DNA from: Octopus vulgaris
Lineage: Eukaryota
Direction: 5' to 3'
Length of the DNA: 64,000 nucleotides
NCBI GenBank assembly: GCA_951406725.2
Contig: OX597817.1
Coordinates: 119,536,001 to 119,600,000, forward strand
Each line of letters begins with the position of its first letter. The first letter of the stretch is position 1. This document shows positions 53,941-64,000 of the stretch, piece after piece. A model generated the notes under the pieces. The model was not told where the DNA came from. It worked only from the letters and a program-made list of their open reading frames with translations, and did no database searches. A program made the position numbers and the translations under genes.

Positions 53941-56900
53941 CATAATGAAAACAAATTTACATTAAACTTAGGGATTACTCAATACTTATTGTAGACTAAA
54001 AATTTATTGTTCTTTTACAAAAATAATAGTGACAGTGACTTCGAAGTTTATGTCAGTATGCTATCATTAAACTATGGTACATCTAAATTCATCTTGATAC
54101 TTATATAGTCTCTATTAAGTTAAAATTTGGGGAAGTAAGTGCAGCTCTGTAGAATGACAATTAGGTTGTAGTATAGGTTATGATGATGAGGTGTCATGGA
54201 AAATCTTTAGTGAATAAATTTGGGGTTATGCTCAGTGGTGATTGTTGCATTGGGTGTGCTTCCACACTCAATTCCACCAAATTTCAAGCAGGGTATAATA
54301 AAATTTTTTCTATTATAATTTGTGAGTAAATTAATGAGTAAGGTTATTTCTAATGAATTTGCTGCTGGTTGTGTTGTTATTCAGAATTTATTCATGCATG
54401 TAGAGCTTTGCAATCAGGTGTATCAGCTTCAGGTCATGGGTTTGTTTTTAAGGGGTTCTCAAAAGAATGTAGGTGGATAGAAGGAGTTAGCTAGGCAGTG
54501 GTTGTTTTCATTTGGATATGAGTGGGAGATAAAGCTTTTGTTTTGGGAAAGTCAAGATTAAAATTCAGAGTTTAGTCCCCTGTAAATAAGTGTTTATTTA
54601 GATGTGTCAGCTGTTAGGTTATGGATATTTCTAAGAGTTCACAAAACAATGTAAGTAGGTGGCAAGTTTAGTTGGTCAGCAGATTTTTTTTTCTCTTTGT
54701 TTGTGTTATTAAGGAGACTTCAACTGATTGTTTGAAGAAGGTGGAGGTTATCAGTCAAGCATGTCATGGCATTGTTAGAATAGCAATTCATTTATCTCAT
54801 GCTTTAATGCTCACAAAAGCACATAGATAGGTGTGGAGGTTGGTTGATCACCAGATTTTTCTCAAGAGTTAAATGTTCTAAAAGTTACTTGGTTACTATT
54901 TAAAAATTTTAACCTTTGTATTTTAGGAAGGTAAAGTTCATGGGCTGTATTTTTGTTTTTTAATATTCCATTTATTCAATTTTGAGCAAGGGTATTTTAT
55001 AATATATTATTTTTGACCTATGAATATACACAAAAGTTGGGCATTACAAAAATATGTGCATCTAATTATGTACAAAAATAGAATTAAAATTAAAGAAGAC
55101 AATTATGACTAAGCCAACTTAGTCTTCTATCTTCCTTGCATATATGCATGTGTGTATATATATGTTGTGTGTATGTATATATGTGCGAATCTAAGTGTGT
55201 ATACTTATATCAAAGTTAGCTAACTATAGTGATAGATTTATGCAATAACATTACACTATAAAATGTTACCAATGAAAGAAAGCTATGAAGATAAAAATGT
55301 TATTACAATAGTTTAATATATTAGAGATCAGTTTGATTTTTCTATTACCAAGTAATAAATGCTCAAATGACTGTAGTCATAATCATAGTCATATTACTTT
55401 TAATAGAGGAGCATTAATGATGTTGTACATTGCTTATATTTAAAGTGTATAGCTTGTTTTATTCACATTTCTTATTTACTATAATTACATCAAACCTTAA
55501 AATATTCAAAGCATGCTTTTTCTTTATAAACATTATTCTATTGTTACACAAAGAATAAAATTATAACTGAACTAGTCTTATTTGGTTACATTTCTCAGTC
55601 TATTGATTTATATATTTTAATAACTAATTTTATATAATCCTGTTCCTATAAAACTGAAAATTCTTACTGTTCAGTTAGAGTTCATAATATGTAATACGAG
55701 AATTTTTCCAATTAAACATATCAATGACAATAAAAATATGTGTTACTGGCAATATTGTAAGACCGGAAAGAGTATAAAATTCATTTGTCATATAAATAAA
55801 ATTTCTTTATTTCTGATTTTAAATATCAACATCTTTTCTCAAGTAATGTTTTCACAATATTTAGTTGTAAATGTCAAAGTTGCAAAACATCTTTACTGAT
55901 ATATAATTAGATATCACATTTTTTTTTTATATGTATGGATGTAATAATTGTGTGTGTGCACACACACACCATTGAATTTCTGGCATATGTTTGAGAGAGA
56001 AAGTGCTCAATACATGTAAACCTTATAGTATATCGAAACTGAATGCTGACACAAATCTTGAGTTCCTTGCAACAGTAACCTTTGAATGTGAACTGTTATA
56101 ACTTGATTTGGCTCAAGGTTAGGAAGCTTTAAAGACTTATTTCTGTGTGTATTTTATTTTTGGCATTTTACATTCATCTGTTACTCTAATCAAAGAAATC
56201 TGTTGGGGAAGTTTTGAGTCTCTAATATTGCTTATTGTATTTCACAATTGAGTAGCTTTGGTTAATGCTTTAAATTTTACCTTGGTGCAAAATGTTGGAT
56301 TTAGAGAAGTGTCAAATGGCACTAGTTGGATGTAGCAATATTTTGGAGGAGTGTGGCTTCCTTCAGAATGAAGTGTAAGCAAGAAGTAAATACAACTTAC
56401 AACAGTTTTAAAAATTTAACTGCTACATAACTTTGTCTATTGATGGTGTAGCATACATCTTTTCTTTTTTCTTCTAAATTTTTGTTTGAATTGAGAGTAG
56501 AGCATGGGAAGAAAAAGGCTGAGTAGCACTAATATAAATATGTCTTTCTTGTGTTGAGAATTTGGTGTGATTTATTATATTTTTCTGTAAAATTAATTAG
56601 GGACTTTTGTTTATTTCATTTAAGAATTTCAGATGCATAATCTGAATTGTAAATCTTTTGCATCTAATTTGGTATTGTGTATGTATTCAAAAATGGAACA
56701 CATGATGATCAAAGACCGAAACACTATATATTTGTAAATACTGAAACATCTTTCATGTCTAAAACTGATGTCATTGACTAAAGACTTATAATTTTATTCC
56801 TGAGTATCTCTTTACAGCATCTACTTGAATTCAAAATTTCCAGTGTTCCTCCAATCCTATATCACTAAAACTTTTCAAGACATTGACATCGTTGTGATAA

Positions 56901-58689
56901 AAATGCAAGAATATGTAATTTAACAGTAAAATTTGTTTTGGGAGAAAACAATAGTGTTTTTCAACGATATTACTTCACAGTCTAAAGAAATACGCACATG
57001 AAGAAAATTAGATGTAAAGTTTACAGACATAGCATAATCTTACTTGTAATTTATGTTATAGATTGTAAGCTTATATACATCTGAGTAACGCTTACTGAAG
57101 CAGGCTATATAATGTATAAAAGTATCACTCAATGGACATTTACTTACAACAGGCAAACTAATCTGAATTAAATTGGACCTGGGCAGATGATTTAGTGTTT
57201 GAATAAACCTGATCCAGCATATCTAACAGATAGATCATAAATTTATATAAAAGTTTGTTATATCTAAATTGAGTACATAATGCAGATCATTACTGCTCTA
57301 ATGGAACTCATTACAACATGCAAACATGACAATAACTACTTGACATTAAGTACTTCGAATTATTATTATAACTGTAGTAATGCTTATCCATTAAAACTAA
57401 ATGAGTTTGAACTAATGAAGTCTGTAATACTCAGCATTAGGCTGTACAGGTGTTATGGCATCTACTTTCTTTAAATATTCAGCAATATTGTGTCTTTTTT
57501 AACAATCTCAATGTTAATTAACACTTTTGTTGAATTGTTTTTATCTTAACTTGACATTAGACAGCTATGAACATTACTTTAATTCAGACAGTAATTTATC
57601 ATGTAGTTTGGATGAGTTTATACTTGATCATATAAAGTCAACTATACATGTATTTAGCAATGTTTGCATACACACACACATAAGTGTATACATACATATA
57701 TATGTATATGTGTGTGTGTGTGTGCGTGTGTATTACAAAATATGTAGCAGACATATTGACAAAATAGTCATTAAAAAATCAGAAAGCCTAAAAAAATTAA
57801 AATAAAATAAAACTGGCAGAATGGTGAAACAAACAAGCTATGTTGTTTGTTACAAATATGGAAATTAAGCAAAAAAAAAAAAAAAGGAGCAAGGAGTGAG
57901 AAATATCACCAACTAAAATGAAGATATAAGAGATACATAAGAGTTATCAATATATAATCAATACACACATTTCTTCTTTGACATCCTTTTCTGTTTCTAT
58001 AAACAATTGTCCACAGCATAAGATGAGCTACACTCATGACTGACCGATTCTCTTATACCATTATTCACAGATCTTCTGCATTTTTCTGATGTACCTCTAT
58101 GAAAGTAGCTCACATGTGGAAGATGTTTTACTTAAATTCTTGACCGTTATATCACTGCCCTTAAAAGCTGATGCTAGCTGAAATTTATCTGAGTTTTGCC
58201 CATAGACTATCCCTTTTATATGAATAGAGGTAATCTAAATTTAAGCACTTACGATATATAGATATTGTCAATCCACAGTCTGTGTTTCTTTTACAACTGT
58301 GTTCAAGGTTAGTTCATGGATCTTTTCTTTTTCATTTGTGAATTGTATTGAAAATCTATTGAGTTCTCATAGCCCAGCTGTACTAATTCTCATTCCTCAT
58401 CAAGCCAGAGTATGAAGTTATCATCTATATATTTCAGTCACATTTTTGATTTAAGGATATCATTCCTAGAGCCACTTCCTTAAAATAAACAATATATGTG
58501 TTTACTATCATTGAAGATAACAGCTAAATTGTTTTGATGTCGATATAAATCAATCTCTAAATGGAAGCCTGTTGTTTTTACATAGAATGACAAGAACCCC
58601 TTTAGGTTATCTGCCAGAATAGTAGTATAATCCCAAATCAAGGATCCAATTTCTGTTTATCATGAATCATAGCAAGAGCCATAATCTGT

Positions 58690-59450
58690 CAGCTTTCCAT
58701 TAGAAGCACATCAAAAAATTCAGATTTGCAGTCCATACAATATCAGGACATATTTAAAAGCAGGTGTACTCATCAAGTGAATCACTCTTCAATAAAACCT
58801 TCAACAGAAGAGATGATGAGCAAACATTGTGTGTATTCCACCTCATGCAGTAATGGCTGTGAGTATAAAGACATGATCAATCACCCACTTAAAGTCAGGT
58901 ATGGTTTATTATTTGTGGAAGGAAAAGGAAAGTCACCAACCCTTCTAGAATAAAGTCAAGATAATAAATAAGGAACAACACTGGAGGCTAAAATGACTGA
59001 AAGACTCAGCACAAAAGTAGCACTTTGATAATTTCAGTAGTCCTAGCATAGAGATAAATACCAAGGGAGCCTTTAATTATGAAATAACATTCAGCCTAAA
59101 ACGATGAAAAAGATGGGTTTAAAACTCCATTCATTACTTAATTTGTCCAATGAGACAATAGAATAGTGAATATAAGAGTTGTTTCTGAACAGTAGTTTAG
59201 TTAATGGGTGTGAGTGAGCTCAATCTCTGATTTAGTTGAACAATGTATTCTCAGTAGAAGGATGACTTATAAAATAATCATCCAAGTATGGACAATGGAA
59301 TGAAAGAAATCTACACTTATGGATTTAATAAATGGTCTATGCCAATCTTCTCAGAATACTGGATTGTATGACAGGTACTTGCAAAAGGCTGCAAGGTATA
59401 AAGGCTGAAATGCCATGACTGCAACAACCAAGATGAGGGTATTAGTCCAA
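58690..59450 (+). mobile_element. Decayed Penelope-like element 3' region (GIY-YIG endonuclease remnant plus 3' repeat)
   Basis: Frameshifted peptides KIQICSPYNIRTYLK, KHCVYSTSCSNGCEYKDMINHPLKVR and WKEKESHQPF*NKVKIINKEQHWRLK*LKDSA follow the PLE pattern VY.IPC.CG..Y.GET.RPL..R ... H...W..VKI...E..W..R...EA. Confidence 0.7.
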
Positions 59451-60959
59451 ATATGCCAGTTGATAATGCTTATCTTTTGTTTCAGAAATTCAGACAAAAT
59501 TTTTTACTCAATAATAAAATCAAAGTACTACTTTTCTATTCTTCCACTAAAAGAATTCTCTTCTCTAATGGTATGTTCTGGATAATAACAGAATCACAGT
59601 TAGTGACAATTAAGGGATTCTTTAAATTAATAATCTACAAAGAGTAGTTTCACTTGCTTATACAGGTATGTATGAAAATTAAGACCTGTCCTTGTGGTAG
59701 TCAGAATTAATTGAGATGCAGTCAGATAAGAGTAGAACACTAGCAGCAGGATTTTAAGTCGTCTCATTTTGGTTAATTCACTCAGTGGCATTGCCTCTAC
59801 TTTCAAACATGACATCACAATATACACACACATACACACACACATATACACACACTAGGGGTACCGAGAAAGCCAATAAGAAATAGGCAGTCAAGAGCTA
59901 AATAATGACTTTTACTAACAAGCCAAATACAGTTGTCTGTCTTACAAAATATATATACTCTTTTCAAGTAATGATCTGTGTCAACCAATGAAGTTTCAGT
60001 GCCAGTTTGAATTTAATATATTTCATTGCACACCAATATGGTCATCTGAGAGATCAAACAATTGTAAAACTTAAAGTAATAGTAGAAGATATCACCTGAA
60101 GAGATATTATTATACTCCACATTATGTACTGCATACTTTTCCTCTTACTTCTTATAAAGACAAACCATATACTACATACACAAATGTACACACACAAAGA
60201 TAGACAGCTAACACATATTTCATACATCAAATGAGGTTGGTATTAAACATTTAAAACAGAAGAAAGTAGATCCTATATAATCATCACTGCCAAACCATAG
60301 ATATTCAAATCATTGTGAAAATACAATGATTATTATTAGAAGGTAAGCTGGATGTTATTTAATCAAAGACTCTTCCCATCCAACACATTGGAATTGTTAG
60401 TAAACTTAGAATCAGTTATGTAACATAGGTATGCACAAAATCATCAAATTTTAGAAGAATCCTGCAGCTTAGAATTTTGTCAGTGAATAGGTCGCGGTCT
60501 CAAAGTGATGAAAATATTTTAGCAAATTAGATTTAAATGTTGAAGTGAATCTAACAGTTTCTGTATGTTTTTAAATGGCTTATAAGCACTTCCATGCTGC
60601 AATTGTTTTTGCTTCAGCACACAATCTCAGATCAGGTCACTAGCTATGCAGGTGCATTTCCATAAATCCTTTTTTTTTCAAGTAATATAAAAATAAACAA
60701 GCTCTAAAGTCAAATGAACCTAAGATACAATAAGGTACAAAAGTTTTTAAACATCTTAAACATACATGTGTGATAGTTTCTTCAAGAACTGATATTTTCT
60801 CTCTTAAGAAAATAAAGATATTTTAAACTATTAAAAAGTTTTTGGTAGTTTAAGGTTTATACCCAAACTGAACATGCTCTTACAATATCCAGATACATTC
60901 ATGAAACTAAATATATATCTTACATTATACAGCAACATTCAAAAGAGATTGTAAAGTAC

Positions 60960-61350
60960 CTCATCATCATTTTTTATCATTTACTTTTCCATGTTTGCAT
61001 GGTTCAGATGGAATATGTTAAGACAGATATATTATGGCTGGCTGCCCTTATTGTTGCCATCTCTCAACTGATTTCAACCAAGGTAATATTTTCTCATAGT
61101 GAGTTATGTTTTCCACAGAAGGCCAGAAACAAACAGCCTTTTATAATGATAATGATGATCATCTGAAACTATTACATGATGTCAACACACGCACACACAC
61201 AAGCTTCTGTCATCTACCAAATCCACTTACAAGTCCTTGGTCTGCCTGGGGTTATAGCAGTTGATGCAACACTTGCTCAAGGTGCCATGCAGTGGGACCT
61301 AGCCCAAGCCAATATGACTGGGAAGGAAACCTCTTAATCACACAGACATG
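60960..61350 (-). mobile_element. Adjacent decayed family C-related and family A SINE fragments
   Basis: catcatcatt...ttttccatg..gcatgg, then ctaccaaatccacttacaag...acacttgctcaaggtgccatgcagtgggac. Confidence 0.65.
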
Positions 61351-62189
61351 CAGGTACCGGCATACACACAACTGATATTACAAGTATTTCCTATAAATCT
61401 CTGTTACTTGTTTGAACAGAACTCTAGTTCTCAAAATAAAGTCATTAAAACGATTTTTAAAAAAGTCACATATGAAATAAGTATAATCAGATATTTTATT
61501 GAGAATTTCTTCCCAAGAGATTTATACTTAAATAAATATGTCAAAACATTTAAGTTATTTAATGCAAAATATTGAAATATATGAAAAATATGAAACATAT
61601 TTATTAATATTCTCATAAATGTTTCTTCTGACTCATTCAAGAAGTCAACATTTGAGGAATTTCATACCTATCAATACTTCTAATTAAAAATTTTCAATTC
61701 ACAAAATTAAAGAAAAAGTAGTAAGGTTAATTACTGAGAAACTTTACATACAACTGGAAAAATTCAACTAAAACACTGTCATGTATGTATTACATTGCCG
61801 GATAAATAAGTTAAGTTATTGAAAGAAATTTATGATTTTGTTTTATAGAATATTAGAAAATATTAGAAAATTGAAATCATAACATTTTCTGTTGATAGAT
61901 AATTAATCCTGTTCGAATTCTAAAAAGAAACAAATTATGCAAAATACTAATGTGAAGAAAATATTTATTTTTGATGTTTTGCTTTAAAAATCTAATTTCG
62001 TAACAAGCGGTGTGTTTCTTTATGAAACGATTTTGATTATTTTTTCCATAAAAAATGTATAGTTCTGATTCTGATTTACAATTTCATTTTCACTTCATTT
62101 ATTTTAATTTTCATTATATTTATATTTATCTTTCACTTTGTCAGATATTTTCCATTGACACAGATATGCAAGCACAAATACTCACGTAC

Positions 62190-62280
62190 ATATAACTAAG
62201 AGACACACATAAATAAATGTAAAAACAGATATACACAAATATAGTGACATACTACATGCAATGTTAAAATGTGAATGCAT
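62190..62280 (-). CDS. Candidate signal-peptide-encoding first coding exon of the CUB gene (speculative)
   Basis: MHSHFNIACSMSLYLCISVFTFIYVCLLVI is followed by overlapping donors GTACGT (62189-62184, phase 1) and GTGAGT (62185-62180, phase 2). The phase-1 donor would join the CUB exon in frame. Confidence 0.25.
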
Positions 62281-64000
62281 AAGCCTAGTAGAAATTAATC
62301 TTGTGTTGAAAAGAGAAATTAAACTTGGTTTAAGAATATCATTTTTAAATATTATTTTTATGCAATCATTAAAAATAACTACTTTTCTTTTCTGTAACAG
62401 TAGTTGATGCAGTTTAATCTCTTTTTGGATCAATATTCTATAATGATGAAATACTTATATGGAAGTAATTAGAAATAATGAAAAGCAAACATACTCTCCT
62501 GATGTTTCATCTCAAATCTATTGATTATTGGATTGTAACGAAACAGATCCTTGCCAGTATAAATTCAGACAATTATTCTAAGCAGAATTTATGCTGAATT
62601 TATTCACAATCATATTCTACTGATAAAATTGATGGGGTAAAAGCAAAAATGATGCAGGATCTCATGTATATTTACATATAACAAAATATTTAGTAAAAAT
62701 GAGAGGAAGAGGACAGCTCTTTCTTTCTGAACAAGATTTATGAATACATTGCATGTAAGTGACCACATTTCTTATTAGAAGACTTTTGTCTAAGGCTACA
62801 TCCTATTATTCAGTAAATATTACACTCTAGGAGTCACAAGCCTCTTTTAATAAGATGCATGTATCCAAGATGTGTTTAGCATGATGGAAAGAAAACAGAA
62901 ATTATTCAACTCCTTCCATTTTAGCCTAAATGTACATTTAAGTATCAAGGTGATTGAAAGATTGCAATTTAAGTCTAAATATTAGCTAGTGTGTAAAACA
63001 TATTCATGCTATAGAATGCCCTGAATTATAGAATTACATTCAGGAAACAGAAATTTTAGCAATAAGGATATGATAGACTCTCAGTTGGAAAATCTGTAGT
63101 TGAAAGCTTGCATGTTCCTCCCTTTCAGACTTTAAGAGCCGTTTTTTATTCTATTTAATATTACAATTGAAGAACAATAGCATAGTTACTTGTTTTAAAT
63201 GGACCCCTCATAGGTACACAGTAGAGCTGATGGTCTGACTAATGAGGGAGTATTATTTGTAAATTGGTGGAGAATAAATACAGTAATGGACTTCATTCAA
63301 AGATTAGTACTCTGTAGGTTTGCATATTGGTATTGATATCTTTCATTGATAAAAATTTACATACATACACACTTACACATTCCCATGAATAGCTTCTACA
63401 TTAACAAATCCCAGTCAGTTTGAGGCTGCAGGAAAAGATACTTGCCAATCTGCTGTGCAATCAAACCCAGAATTATGTGGTTACAAATCAAACTCCTTTA
63501 ACAGACCACCCACTAGTGCTCAACACAACTGATAAGATGCCAAACAAAGACAAATGTATGCTAATTCCAGGAAGACAGTTTATTTTTGAGATGTTGCAGT
63601 TTGTGAAGCAACTGCGGAAAATTTCTTGAAAACAGGTAGTTTTATGAACTCATCCAAACTTACATCCATACCATCATGTACACTCAACAATAAAAACAAT
63701 TTTATAAACACACATAAAATACAAATGCACAAGGAGACAAACATGCATGCGAAAAATAGATACACACTAAATTTGTATTTTTAAATATAAAATCATAAGA
63801 TATTTTTTACAAGAAAAACCCCAGCTAAAAGCTAAATGTACTGAATATTTTCAAATTAAATTTTCACATATACTTCCTCTGTGCTGGTTAAGTGTGAAAA
63901 ATAGTTAAATATTTATCAAAACTAAATTGAGCTTTAAAAAGAATGATAATTTCAAAATTAAATTTTAATTATCCATGGTGTAATTTAGATAAATAGTAAA

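Noticed and set aside
54150-54950. G/T-skewed stretch suggestive of an ancient minus-strand LINE
   Set aside because: No recognisable protein motif could be recovered by eye.

Overview
AT-rich, microsatellite-dense animal genomic DNA. The SINE families and the overall repeat landscape point to an octopus or other cephalopod; this is recognition, not a database result. The only clear host coding sequence is a 181-bp minus-strand exon (5367-5547) encoding the start of a CUB domain of SOL-1 (suppressor of lurcher)-like type. Most of the window is probably one very large intron or upstream region, with a candidate signal-peptide exon near 62.2 kb. The rest is mobile-element debris: at least four SINE-like families, RTE and CR1/L2-group LINE fragments, Tc1/mariner/pogo-type MITEs and Penelope-like elements (PLEs). 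The most striking object is a young, internally deleted PLE (about 40695-42358) sitting between (TA)n tracts. It has an open 370-codon RT ORF that stops just before the catalytic YxDD motif, and 147-bp inverted repeats that each carry a minimal type I hammerhead ribozyme. The two repeats differ at a single base, the catalytic G12 of one ribozyme copy. Also notable: a SINE>MITE>LINE triple nest with both TSDs visible, a 3' tail shared between a LINE and a SINE family, further decayed hammerhead/PLE relics, and a roughly 290-bp foldback.
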